This document shows, piece after piece, positions 1 to 8,814 of a DNA stretch of 64,000 nucleotides. The stretch covers positions 8,148-72,147 of the forward strand of contig JAFTQX010000052.1 in the NCBI GenBank assembly GCA_017462545.1. The letters run 5' to 3'. Every line of letters begins with the position of its first letter. The stretch's first letter is position 1. Source of the stretch: Clostridia bacterium. Its GTDB lineage: Bacteria; Bacillota; Clostridia; Oscillospirales; CAG-272. Under the pieces are notes generated by a model. That model saw nothing but the letters and a program-made list of their open reading frames with translations. It was not told the origin of the DNA and ran no database searches. The position numbers and the translations under genes were made by a program.

Positions 1-258
1 ATCAAGGAGCTGACAGGTCTGCCGCTTGTGCTGCACGGCGGCTCGGGCGTGCCGGATGAGGAGATCACCGCCGCTATTGCGGCCGGCATCCGCAAGATCA
101 ACTTCGGTACTGACCTCTGCTATTCCTTCCTGGATGCGGTATTTGCTACCTCGCGCGAGAAGGTGGGCATTGACTTGTTTATGAAGGAGGCTGTTGCTTC
201 CGTTTCTGCCTTTGCCACCTCCAAGATCCGCCTGCTGGGCGCAGCAGGCCGCGCTTGA
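1..258 (+). CDS. class II ketose-bisphosphate aldolase (FBA / tagatose-bisphosphate / IolJ family), C-terminal fragment; the 5' end lies outside the window
   Basis: Frame 1 is open from base 1. The translation ...LPLVLHGGSGVPDEEITAAIAAGIRKINFGTDL... matches the conserved HGGSG and K-I-N-x-x-T-D C-terminal blocks of class II aldolases. The TGA at 256-258 overlaps the next ATG (TGATG). Confidence 0.75.
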   Translation: MKELTGLPLVLHGGSGVPDEEITAAIAAGIRKINFGTDLCYSFLDAVFATSREKVGIDLFMKEAVASVSAFATSKIRLLGAAGRA

Positions 259-1172
259 TGCCGGCCGAGGTCGTCGGTATTGGGGCAAACGTATACGATA
301 CGCTGATCGTATTGCCCCGCTATACCGAAGAGGATAAAAAGCAAAAGGCCGAGTCCGTCAGCATGGCAGGCGGCGGCCCGTGTGCGACCGGCATCGTTGC
401 CGCCTCCAAGCTGGGAGCAAGCACCGCCTTTTTCGGTCGCGTATCGGATGATGGGGCAGGGCACTTTTTGCTGGAGGATTTTGCCCGCTATGGGGTAGAC
501 ACCTCCTACGTTTCGGTGCATGCCGGTTATCGCGCGTTTACCTCCTATGTCATGCTCAGCCAAGAGACGACCAGCCGCACCATCGTTTTTGACCGTGGCA
601 ACCTGCCGCCTCTTGTGTTGGATGAAGCGCAGAAAGCCGCCATTCGTGAGGCAAAGGTCTTGTTGGTGGATGGTAATGAGCTGTCTGCTGCTATTGAAGG
701 GGCAAAGATCGCCCGCGAAAGTGGTACTGCCGTCGTCTATGATGCAGGTGGTCGCTATGAGGGGGTAAAAGACCTTCTTCCGTATGCCGATTATCTGATC
801 CCAAGCGAAGAATTTGCCCTTGGTGAGACCGGCGAGAGTGATGCCGCTGCCGCCGCAAAAAAGCTCTATGAGATGTACCACCCTCGTGCGGTTGTCGTCA
901 CACAGGGCAGCCGTGGCGGTACCTACTACGATGGGCAAGAGCTGAAGACCTATCCCGCCATGCCGGCAAAGGTCGTTGATTCCAACGGTGCGGGTGACGT
1001 TTTCCACGGCGCGTATACCGCCGCCATCACCCGTGGGATGGATGCCTACACCGCTTGCCTCTTCTCCTCTGCCGTCTCGGCACTCAAGTGCGAGAAGATC
1101 GGCTCGCGTGCCGGTGTGCCCGATTATGAAACGACCATTTCTTTTTTGAAGGAGCAAGGATATGAATTTTAA
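258..1172 (+). CDS. PfkB-family carbohydrate kinase (possibly IolC-like 5-dehydro-2-deoxygluconokinase)
   Basis: N-terminal VVGIGANVYD and MAGGGPCATG (GG motif) plus C-terminal DSNGAGDVFHGAY (the PfkB signature-2 DTxGAGD-type anion hole). The gene lies between an aldolase and iolB. ATG at 258 is preferred over TTG at 255. Confidence 0.8.
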   Translation: MPAEVVGIGANVYDTLIVLPRYTEEDKKQKAESVSMAGGGPCATGIVAASKLGASTAFFGRVSDDGAGHFLLEDFARYGVDTSYVSVHAGYRAFTSYVMLSQETTSRTIVFDRGNLPPLVLDEAQKAAIREAKVLLVDGNELSAAIEGAKIARESGTAVVYDAGGRYEGVKDLLPYADYLIPSEEFALGETGESDAAAAAKKLYEMYHPRAVVVTQGSRGGTYYDGQELKTYPAMPAKVVDSNGAGDVFHGAYTAAITRGMDAYTACLFSSAVSALKCEKIGSRAGVPDYETTISFLKEQGYEF

Positions 1173-1950
1173 GAGAACATGGAATAAAAAGTTTGGCAAA
1201 AGCGAGATCTACACCAAGGAGAACAGCGCTTGTCGTCTCGTAGAGATGGATATGCTGCGCCTTGCCGACGGTGAGAAAAAGACTTACTCCGAGCAGGATA
1301 AGGAATTTGCACTGGTTCTGCTTGGCGGCAAGTGCACCATCACGGCGGAGAGCTTCTCGTATGAGAACATCGGTTGCCGCGAGACGGTGTTTGATGGCGC
1401 CGCCACCTGCGTGTACATTCCGCGTAACACCCCCTTTACTGTTGTCGGTGTAGGCGAGGTTTCTATCGCTGTTTGCAAATCCCCCTCCGAGAAGGATCAT
1501 AAGCCCGCTCTGATCACGCCCGATCAGGTTGTTATCAAGGATCTTGGTAAGCCCGGCTGGCAGAGACAGGCGCACTTTATTCTGGACGAGCGCACCGATG
1601 CCGATATTCTCTACATCGGCGAGGCCTTTGTCAAGGGTGGTCAGTGGGCCAGCTACCCGCCCCACAAGCATGATGATGACAATATGCCCGTAGAGGCTGC
1701 TACCGAGGAGATCTACTATTACGAGTTCAAGAAGCCCGGTGGCTTTGGCATTCAGCGCGTATATACCAAGGAAGGCGATATTGACGAGACCTATACGGTG
1801 AAATCCGGCGATTTTGTTGAAATTCCGCGCGGCTATCACCCCTTCCACACCGCACCCGGCTATGATAACTACTATCTTTGGATCATGGCGGGCAAAAATC
1901 GCGGCTTCTATATGACCACGGATGAAGACCATCTCTGGCTGACGAAGTAA
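1162..1950 (+). CDS. iolB: 5-deoxy-glucuronate isomerase
   Basis: SYPPHKHDDDN and EEIYYYEF motifs characteristic of IolB cupins. An RBS GAAGGAG lies upstream, and the gene overlaps the kinase by 11 nt. Confidence 0.8.
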   Translation: MNFKRTWNKKFGKSEIYTKENSACRLVEMDMLRLADGEKKTYSEQDKEFALVLLGGKCTITAESFSYENIGCRETVFDGAATCVYIPRNTPFTVVGVGEVSIAVCKSPSEKDHKPALITPDQVVIKDLGKPGWQRQAHFILDERTDADILYIGEAFVKGGQWASYPPHKHDDDNMPVEAATEEIYYYEFKKPGGFGIQRVYTKEGDIDETYTVKSGDFVEIPRGYHPFHTAPGYDNYYLWIMAGKNRGFYMTTDEDHLWLTK

Positions 1951-1955
1951 AAAAC

Positions 1956-1989
1956 GCCGCCCGCGCGAATATATGCGCGGGCGGCTTTT
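1956..1989 (+). terminator. rho-independent terminator after iolB
   Basis: An 11-bp GC stem GCCGCCCGCGC / GCGCGGGCGGC followed by TTTT. Confidence 0.75.
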
Positions 1990-2048
1990 GCACTTGATTT
2001 CTCACACAATTTGTGTTAATATGGAAAAAACGAAAGGAAATGCTTCCC

Positions 2049-2915
2049 ATGTCACAGATCATAACCATCCAAAACGAGCAGCTTACCGTTGCCATTTCTA
2101 CGCTGGGGGCCGAGGTGCAGTCTGTCCGCTCCTCTCGCGGCACCGAGTTTATCTGGGAGGGTGACCCGAATATCTGGAAGGGCCGTTGCCCCATCCTGTT
2201 CCCCATCTGCGGTGGCTTAAAGAATGATACCTACACCTTAAACGGCAAGACCTACCAGCAGCAAAAGCACGGCTTTATCCGCTTTTGCGAGTTTTCTGTT
2301 GATAGCGTGAACGGGGACACCGCCGTTCTTTCTGCCCGTGAAACAGAGGAAACGCTCAAAACCTTCCCCTGGCACTTTGTGTTCACCGTCACCTTCCGCC
2401 TGACGGAAAATCGCCTGGCGATCTCCTACACCGTCAATAACCCCGATGAGAGCACCATGTACTTCAATGTGGGCGGGCATGAGGGCTACGCCACGCCCGA
2501 GGGCATTGAGGAATATGAGCTGGTGTTTGATAAAGAGGAGCAGCTGGCTGTCAACTCGCTCAGCGGCAACCTGATCGGCCATGATAAAAAGCCGCTTATG
2601 AGCGGCAAGGTGCTTCCCCTCAAGAAGGAACATTTTTCGATCGATGCGATCATTTTAGAGGAGCTGAATTCGCGTGCACTCACCCTGCGCCATAAGAACG
2701 GCGGTCGCTCTGTGCGCGTTGAGTTCCCCGACCTTGACCATCTGCTTGTATGGCAAATGTGCGGCGCCCCCTATGTGTGCATCGAGCCGTGGAACGGCAT
2801 GCCCGACTTTGCCGATGCCGATGGTGATATCACCAAAAAGACCTACATCACCGCGCTGGAGGGAGGCAAAACCTTTACCTCAACCCACACCATGACCTTT
2901 ACGGAGGGGAATTGA
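2049..2915 (+). CDS. aldose 1-epimerase family protein (LacX / mutarotase-like)
   Basis: ITIQNEQLTVAISTLGAEVQSV...GTEFIWEGDPNIWKGRCPILFPICGG...KHGFIR is the typical aldose-epimerase-family N-terminus. The start at 2049 follows an AAAGGAAA RBS, although the ORF is open from 2013. Confidence 0.8.
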   Translation: MSQIITIQNEQLTVAISTLGAEVQSVRSSRGTEFIWEGDPNIWKGRCPILFPICGGLKNDTYTLNGKTYQQQKHGFIRFCEFSVDSVNGDTAVLSARETEETLKTFPWHFVFTVTFRLTENRLAISYTVNNPDESTMYFNVGGHEGYATPEGIEEYELVFDKEEQLAVNSLSGNLIGHDKKPLMSGKVLPLKKEHFSIDAIILEELNSRALTLRHKNGGRSVRVEFPDLDHLLVWQMCGAPYVCIEPWNGMPDFADADGDITKKTYITALEGGKTFTSTHTMTFTEGN

Positions 2916-2916
2916 C

Positions 2917-3567
2917 ATGACCTTTGCTGAACTGAAAGAAAAAAATCCGAGCATTCGCCTGTACCATGTTACCGACGCTGCCTTCGCGCCCTATGGCCGC
3001 ATCATTGAGGCAGATACCGCTGATCTGGTGGCACGCATGGAGAAGATCCCCATGCCCGAAACGGGCGTTCGGTATGTTCCCACTGAGGAGACGCTGGAGG
3101 CATCTCCCGTAGCGGAGTTCATCCGTCGGGAGCTGTTTGGCGGCGTGCCCGCGCAGATCGGCTTCTGCTGGGGCGCAAGCAACCGCCTCAATGCGCTTGA
3201 GTGGCATATTTGCAATGAGATCAATCTGCCCGCAACCGACCTGGTGCTCCTGCTGGCTTTGCGCTGCGAGATGCAGGGCAACCACCTGGATGCTGAAAAG
3301 GTTGTCGGCTTTTATGTACCGCGCGGCACGCTGATCGAGGTGTACAGCACATCGTTGCATTATTGCCCCTGTCAGGTGGAGGATGGTGGCTTCCGGTGCC
3401 TGGTCGGCCTGACGAAGGAGACCAATACCCCCTTGACCGAAAAGCCGGCCGATCCGCTGATCTTTGCCCGTAATAAGTGGCTGATCGCGCATGAGGAAAA
3501 CGAGGGGCTGATCGCTCGTGGTGCCCTGCCCGGCATCAGCGGCGAGAACTATACCGTCAACCGGTAA
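2917..3567 (+). CDS. DUF4867-like small cupin-type protein of unknown function
   Basis: A 216-aa ORF beginning MTFAELKEKNPSIRLYHVTDAAFAPYGRII, which I recognise from memory as DUF4867-like (this is unverified). It is tightly packed between the epimerase and the FGGY kinase. Confidence 0.5.
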   Translation: MTFAELKEKNPSIRLYHVTDAAFAPYGRIIEADTADLVARMEKIPMPETGVRYVPTEETLEASPVAEFIRRELFGGVPAQIGFCWGASNRLNALEWHICNEINLPATDLVLLLALRCEMQGNHLDAEKVVGFYVPRGTLIEVYSTSLHYCPCQVEDGGFRCLVGLTKETNTPLTEKPADPLIFARNKWLIAHEENEGLIARGALPGISGENYTVNR

Positions 3568-3577
3568 GGAGAAAGGT

Positions 3578-5047
3578 ATGAAATACTTTCTAGGTGTAGA
3601 TTTTGGCGGAGGGGCCTCCAAGGCCACCCTGCTTTCCGAGCAGGGCAAGGTCGTGGCCACCGCCACGATGGAATACCCCACCGCCCATCCCGGTCCCGGC
3701 ATGGCCGAGCAAAACCCGGATGACTGGTATGAGGCAACCTGCCGCAACGTACGCACGGTGCTGGAAAAGGCAGGGGTTGCCGCGCGCGACGTTGCCGCGC
3801 TGTCGCTGGATGCGGCTACCCATACCGCCGTGCTGTGTGATGAGGATTTTCGCCCTCTGCGCCCTGCCATCTATTGGACGGATACCCGCTCTCAAAAAGA
3901 GGTGGCCGATCTGCGTGCCGAGATGGGCGACCGCATTCGCGCGCTTTCTTATCATTCCGTGGATACGATATGGACATTGCCGCAGATCTTGTGGGTGAAG
4001 AGAAATGAAGAAGATCTCTTTGGCCGTACAAAAAAGATTCTCTTTGCCAAGGACTATGTCCGTCATCGCCTGACAGGTGACTACGTGACCGACGTGATTG
4101 AGGCAGAGGGGAGCATGCTCTTTGATATGGAGAAGGGATGCTGGTCAGAGGAGCTTTGCGCGGCGGCCGGGGTAGACCCCCGTACCTTGCCCACGCTTTG
4201 CCGCCCAAGTGATATTGTTGGCAGCGTGACCGAGGCAGCTGCGCAAGATACCGGCCTGCTTGCCGGTACGCCTGTGCTGTGCGGCACCACCGATACGGTG
4301 ATGGAGGTATTTGCCGCAGGCGGCGTGCGTCCCGGCAATATGACGGTCAAGCTGGCAACGGCAGGGCGTATTTGCGTCATTACCGAAAAGCCGTTTACTG
4401 ACCGCGATCTTGTTTGTTATTCGCATATTGAGGAGGGGCTGTGGTATCCCGGCACCGCCACCAAGGCGGCCGCCTCCTCCTACCGTTGGTTCCGTGATGC
4501 CTTTGGCGGCACCTATCGCGAGCTGGATGAGGCCGCTGCTGCTGCCGGTGTTGGTGCAGGCGGCGTGCTCTTCCACCCCTATCTCAACGGCGAGCTGACT
4601 CCCTATGCCAACCCTCGTCTGTCCGGCTCCTTTGTCGGTGTTCGCGCGGGGCATGAGAAGGGACACTTTGCCCGCGCGGTGTTAGAGGGGGTAGCCTACT
4701 CCCTGCGTGATTGCCTGGCAACAGTTGACCGCCTTGGCATGAAACATGAGGATCATGCCGTTATCATCGGCGGCGGTGCGTCTTCTCCGCTGTGGCGGCA
4801 GATTGTTTCCGATGTGCTCGGCATTTCACTTATCGAGCGTGAAAACAGCGATTCCTCCTTTGGCTCGGCCATGCTGGCAGGCGTGGCGGCAGGGGCGTTT
4901 GCCTCTCCCGTGGCAGCCCTGGAGGCTTGCACCGCCATCCGCTCGCATACCACGCCCAACCAAGAGAACAAAGAGGCCTACGATCAGGCCTACCGTCGCT
5001 ATCGCGCGGTGGCAGAGGCACTTTTGCCCCTTGCGGAGGAAGCATGA
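3578..5047 (+). CDS. FGGY-family carbohydrate kinase (xylulokinase-like)
   Basis: MKYFLGVDFGGGASKATLL (the FGGY phosphate-1 loop), NPDDWY, IYWTDTR and HPYLNGE motifs. An RBS AAGGAGAAAGG precedes ATG 3578, although the ORF is open from 3518. Confidence 0.85.
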   Translation: MKYFLGVDFGGGASKATLLSEQGKVVATATMEYPTAHPGPGMAEQNPDDWYEATCRNVRTVLEKAGVAARDVAALSLDAATHTAVLCDEDFRPLRPAIYWTDTRSQKEVADLRAEMGDRIRALSYHSVDTIWTLPQILWVKRNEEDLFGRTKKILFAKDYVRHRLTGDYVTDVIEAEGSMLFDMEKGCWSEELCAAAGVDPRTLPTLCRPSDIVGSVTEAAAQDTGLLAGTPVLCGTTDTVMEVFAAGGVRPGNMTVKLATAGRICVITEKPFTDRDLVCYSHIEEGLWYPGTATKAAASSYRWFRDAFGGTYRELDEAAAAAGVGAGGVLFHPYLNGELTPYANPRLSGSFVGVRAGHEKGHFARAVLEGVAYSLRDCLATVDRLGMKHEDHAVIIGGGASSPLWRQIVSDVLGISLIERENSDSSFGSAMLAGVAAGAFASPVAALEACTAIRSHTTPNQENKEAYDQAYRRYRAVAEALLPLAEEA

Positions 5048-6426
5048 GAGCGTTGGTCTGTGTACGCGTAGCAGGGGGGGAATTGCAGCCCTTTGATGCC
5101 TGCGCGGTCGAGCTTGGCTTGCGCATGGGGGCAGAGGTGACCGTGCTTTCCCTCTGTCCTCCCTCCGCTGCCGAGCCGTTGCGTGCGCTTACGCGGCTGG
5201 GCGTTGCGCGGGTGATCTTGCTTTCTGATGCCGTTTATGCGGGGGCAGATACGCTGGTGACTGCCCGCATCCTCGCATGCGCCGCTCAAAAAATCGGCTA
5301 CGATCTGATTCTTTGCGGTCGCACGACCACAGAGGGTGAGACTGCCCAGGTAGGGCCCATGCTGGCCACCCTGCTGGGCATTCCGCTGTTGCCAAGTGTG
5401 ATGGACTATGAGGATGGGTGCTTGACGCTACGGGGAAATGACCGCCCCTGCGCGTTGCCCCCCTCTGCGCTGCTTACGGTAGAACGCAGCTTTCCGCTCC
5501 GTTTCCCAAGACTGCGCTCGTGCCTTGGTGAGGTGGAGATATGGAACAACAGCGTGCTGGGGCTGCCTCCCGCAGAATGCGGGCTGCAGGGCTCGCCCAC
5601 CCGTGTGCTTGCCGCGCGGGAGAGTGTGGCGGGGGCGCGTGTGTGCCAAAAAATCGAGGTAGGGGAGATTCCTGCCTTGATCAAGGAGCTACGCAAAAAA
5701 GAAAAACAGGTGGCGGGTGAATTCCCGCCCAGTGAAGAAAAGCTGCCGCTGGTCTTGGCAGTTGGCGAGCAGGCCTTGTCTGCTGCGCGCGCCGTTGGCG
5801 CGCGTGTGGAGCTGCTTGCAGAGCAGGAGCCTGCGGCAATCGCGGCGGCTGTTCGTGCCAAGGATCCTGATGCGGTGCTCTTTCCCGCTACCGCCGAGGG
5901 GCGCAATCTTGCCCCCATTGTGGCAGCCATGATTGGCGCGGGGCTTTGTGCCGATTGTACGGGCTTGGCAGTCAAGCATGGTGAGCTTATCTTGACCCGC
6001 CCCGCAAGAGGTGGCAGCATTACGGCCGATATCGTTTGCCGTACACGGCCCGCGATGGCCAGTGTGCGCTGTGAGGTGAAGGGCGCGGAGATCATGATCG
6101 GTCTTGGCAAGGGAACGCTTGGCATGCGCCCGCAGTTCGAGGCACTTGCGCAAAAGCTCGGTGCCTCTCTTGCCGCTACCCGCGCGCTGGTGGATGCGGG
6201 CGGTGCGCCCTACTGTGAGCAAATTGGCTTGACGGGCACCAAGGCGGCCTGCAAGATCTATCTGGCTGTTGGACTCTCGGGGGCAGTACAGCACACCTGC
6301 GCCCTGGACGGGGCAGATGCCGTCATTGCCGTCAATCCGGATCGGGATGCCCGCATTTTCTCCTGCGCCGATTACGGCACCCAAGCAGATGCAGAGGCAC
6401 TTTTGGCCGCGTTCTGGAATGTATAA
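5044..6426 (+). CDS. fused electron-transfer flavoprotein, EtfB-like N-terminal half plus EtfA/FixB-like C-terminal half
   Basis: The N-terminal half (VTVLSLCPPSAAEPLR...GADTLVTARILA...LILCGRTTTEGETAQVGPMLATLLGIPLL...GLQGSPTRV) is ETF-beta-like. The C-terminal half (ATRALVDAGGAPYCEQIGLTGTKAACKIYLAVGLSGAVQHTCALDGADAVIAVNPDRDARIFSCADYG) is the ETF-alpha FAD-binding domain. ATG 5044 overlaps the kinase stop codon (ATGA). Confidence 0.75.
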   Translation: MRALVCVRVAGGELQPFDACAVELGLRMGAEVTVLSLCPPSAAEPLRALTRLGVARVILLSDAVYAGADTLVTARILACAAQKIGYDLILCGRTTTEGETAQVGPMLATLLGIPLLPSVMDYEDGCLTLRGNDRPCALPPSALLTVERSFPLRFPRLRSCLGEVEIWNNSVLGLPPAECGLQGSPTRVLAARESVAGARVCQKIEVGEIPALIKELRKKEKQVAGEFPPSEEKLPLVLAVGEQALSAARAVGARVELLAEQEPAAIAAAVRAKDPDAVLFPATAEGRNLAPIVAAMIGAGLCADCTGLAVKHGELILTRPARGGSITADIVCRTRPAMASVRCEVKGAEIMIGLGKGTLGMRPQFEALAQKLGASLAATRALVDAGGAPYCEQIGLTGTKAACKIYLAVGLSGAVQHTCALDGADAVIAVNPDRDARIFSCADYGTQADAEALLAAFWNV

Positions 6427-6439
6427 TGCTATTAAGTAG

Positions 6440-6480
6440 GCACCCGTGTGTCGCAAAGGCGACATACGGGTGCTTTGTGT
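6440..6480 (+). terminator. rho-independent terminator closing the sugar operon
   Basis: A 15-bp stem GCACCCGTGTGTCGC / GCGACATACGGGTGC (one G-U pair) followed by TTTGTGT. Confidence 0.75.
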
Positions 6481-6548
6481 CCTGCCTTTCCCTCGTTGCA
6501 TAGAATAAGAATAGTGCTTTTGTAAATCAGGGAAAGAGGTACGGTTTT

Positions 6549-6797
6549 ATGTGTCAACAGGTGCGGCTTTGTGATATGCAGCCGGGGGAACGGGCGGTGA
6601 TTACATCCCTCCCTCCCTCCGCGCTGCGGCAGCGGCTATTGGATATGGGATTTTTGGAGAATGCGGAGATTGAATGCGTGGGCAAAAGCCCCTTCGGCGA
6701 CCCCAATGCCTATTTGGTGTGCGGCGCGGTGGTGGCTCTGCGACGGCAGGATTGTCATGGCATTCTGGTGAGAAAGCAGGTGGCAGCATGGGATTGA
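6549..6797 (+). CDS. feoA: ferrous iron transport protein A
   Basis: An 82-aa SH3-like FeoA sequence: LCDMQPGERAVITSL...RLLDMGFLENAEIECV. It overlaps the feoB start. Confidence 0.85.
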   Translation: MCQQVRLCDMQPGERAVITSLPPSALRQRLLDMGFLENAEIECVGKSPFGDPNAYLVCGAVVALRRQDCHGILVRKQVAAWD

Positions 6798-8689
6798 CAA
6801 ACGAGAGACACGAGCGCGTGATCGCGCTGGTGGGGAATCCCAATGTGGGAAAGAGCACCGTTTTCAATTCGCTGACCGGTCTGCATCAGCATACCGGTAA
6901 CTGGCCGGGCAAGACCGTATCCGGTGCGGAGGGGCGGTGCCGATCGGGGGAGACGGTATATCGATTGGTAGACACCCCCGGTACCTATTCGCTGCTTGCC
7001 CGCTCAGCCGAGGAGGAGGTAACGCGGGAGTACCTATTGCATGGCGAGGCGGAGGTTGCGTTGGTGGTGTGTGATGCCGCCTGCCTTTCGCGCAATCTCT
7101 TGCTGCTCTTGCAGGTTATGGCCATTGTACCGCGCGTGGTCGTGTGCGTGAATTTGCTGGATGAGGCTGCTCGCCGCAGCATCTATCCCGATCTTGCGGG
7201 GCTGGAGGCATTGCTCGGCGTGCCTGTGGTGGGGACGGTAGCACGCAAGAAAAAAAGCGCGGCCGCCCTTTTGGCTGCACTTGACCGTGTGATCGATGCA
7301 CCGCCCCCCGTGCCGCCTGCATTCCTTTCGCCGTTGCTTGAACGATGCCGTCTTTCGCTGCGCGAGGGGAAGGAGCAGGAGGCTGCTTCTGCCGCGCTTG
7401 CAGCCCGCGCCGAGGAGATCGGTCATGCCGTTACCCGCGGGGAGGGGGAGCCGTACAGCCGCCGCGATCGCCGCCTTGATCGGTTTTTGACCGGTCGGCG
7501 TTCTGCCTATCCCATCATGCTGCTGCTCTTGCTCCTTGTGTTGTTTATCACCATCGTGGGGGCAAACTACCCCTCCGCGCTGCTGGCTGACGGCTTTTCT
7601 TGGCTTGGCAATCTTTTTCGCACATGCCTATCTGCTCTTGAGGCTCCCCCATGGCTGATCGGCCTTCTTGTGGATGGCGTGTGGCGTGTGCTTTCGCAGG
7701 TTGTGGCGGTCATGCTGCCGCCCATGGCCATCTTCTTTCCGCTCTTTACCTTGCTGGAGGATAGCGGCTATCTGCCGCGCATTGCCTATAATCTTGACCG
7801 TCCCTTTTGTGCTTGCCACGCCTGCGGCAAGCAGGCGTTGACCATGTGCATGGGCTTTGGCTGCAATGCGGCCGGGGTGGTTGGTTGCCGTATCATCGAC
7901 TCACCACGCGAGCGACTGCTGGCTGTGTTGACCAATAGTCTGGTTCCTTGTAACGGTCGCTTTCCCGCCTTGCTTGCCCTCATTTCCATGTTCCTTGTTG
8001 GCGCGGCAGGCGGCTTTGCCGCCTCTCTGTTATCTGCCTGTTTGCTGACCCTGTTTATTTTGTTGGGGGTGGGGATGACCTTTCTCGCAACACGGCTGCT
8101 ATCGGCCACGGTTTTGCGCGGTCTTCCTTCCTCCTTCGTGCTGGAGATGCCGCCTTTTCGTCGACCACAGATCGGGCGTGTGATCCTGCGATCGCTGCTT
8201 GATCGCACGATGTATGTGCTTGGTCGTGCCGCCGCCGTGGCGGTGCCCGCCGGCTGTCTGATTTGGCTGATGGCCAATGTTACGGTAGGGGAGGGGAGCT
8301 TGCTGCAGCATGCCGCCGCGTTTTTGGATCCGTTTGCTACGCTGCTGGGGCTGGACGGCATGATTTTGCTTGCCTTTCTCCTTGGTCTTCCCGCCAATGA
8401 GATCGTGCTGCCGCTGGTGTTGATGGGCTATCTTTCGGCAGGTGCCCCCGTTGAGCTGGGTAGCTTGGCCGAGATGCGGGCGGTTTTTGTTGCCAACGGA
8501 TGGACCCCCGTGACCGCCCTTTGCACCGCCGTCTTTTTCCTCTTTCATTGGCCGTGCTCCACCACCCTGCTCACCGTCAAAAAGGAGACCGGCAGCTGGG
8601 GCTATACCGCCATTTGCGCCGCACTGCCCACCGCAATCGGCATGCTGCTTTGCCTGTTGATCGCGGCATTTGGGCGATTGGCTTATTAA
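6788..8689 (+). CDS. feoB: ferrous iron transporter B
   Basis: An N-terminal G domain (IALVGNPNVGKSTVFNSLTG, DTPGTYSL) followed by a polytopic membrane domain. ATG 6788 is preferred, although the ORF is open from 6674. Confidence 0.9.
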   Translation: MGLTNERHERVIALVGNPNVGKSTVFNSLTGLHQHTGNWPGKTVSGAEGRCRSGETVYRLVDTPGTYSLLARSAEEEVTREYLLHGEAEVALVVCDAACLSRNLLLLLQVMAIVPRVVVCVNLLDEAARRSIYPDLAGLEALLGVPVVGTVARKKKSAAALLAALDRVIDAPPPVPPAFLSPLLERCRLSLREGKEQEAASAALAARAEEIGHAVTRGEGEPYSRRDRRLDRFLTGRRSAYPIMLLLLLLVLFITIVGANYPSALLADGFSWLGNLFRTCLSALEAPPWLIGLLVDGVWRVLSQVVAVMLPPMAIFFPLFTLLEDSGYLPRIAYNLDRPFCACHACGKQALTMCMGFGCNAAGVVGCRIIDSPRERLLAVLTNSLVPCNGRFPALLALISMFLVGAAGGFAASLLSACLLTLFILLGVGMTFLATRLLSATVLRGLPSSFVLEMPPFRRPQIGRVILRSLLDRTMYVLGRAAAVAVPAGCLIWLMANVTVGEGSLLQHAAAFLDPFATLLGLDGMILLAFLLGLPANEIVLPLVLMGYLSAGAPVELGSLAEMRAVFVANGWTPVTALCTAVFFLFHWPCSTTLLTVKKETGSWGYTAICAALPTAIGMLLCLLIAAFGRLAY

Positions 8690-8720
8690 AAAGCAGCTCC
8701 CCATGTAGCTGCTTTCATAT
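8688..8720 (+). terminator. putative terminator after feoB
   Basis: Stem AAGCAGCT / AGCTGCTT with an 8-nt loop and a weak T tract. Confidence 0.45.
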
Positions 8721-8776
8721 TGACTGTTTTTACATGTTTTTTGACCAAAAATGCCTATTTCTTTTCTTGTGACTTG

Positions 8777-8785
8777 TGGTATAAT
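8777..8785 (+). promoter_or_regulatory. extended -10 promoter element (TGgTATAAT)
   Basis: TGGTATAAT lies at 8777-8785. This argues against the ATG at 8788 and for the ATG at 8815 preceded by a GGAGG RBS. Confidence 0.5.
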
Positions 8786-8814
8786 GGATGCAACGAAGCA
8801 AAACGGAGGCGTTT

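Noticed and set aside
120-3870. Minus-strand ORFs of 359 aa (120-1199), 282 aa (1084-1932) and 323 aa (2899-3870) across the sugar operon.
   Set aside because: Each lies antisense to a plus-strand gene with strong family motifs (PfkB, IolB, DUF4867-like/FGGY). They are typical GC-rich shadow frames.
6496-6527. A possible Fur box or promoter upstream of feoA (TTGCAT followed by TAGAAT AAGAAT AGTGCT).
   Set aside because: The match to the GATAAT hexamer model is only weak, there is no dyad symmetry, and the -10 spacing is poor. This is not enough to call a regulatory site.
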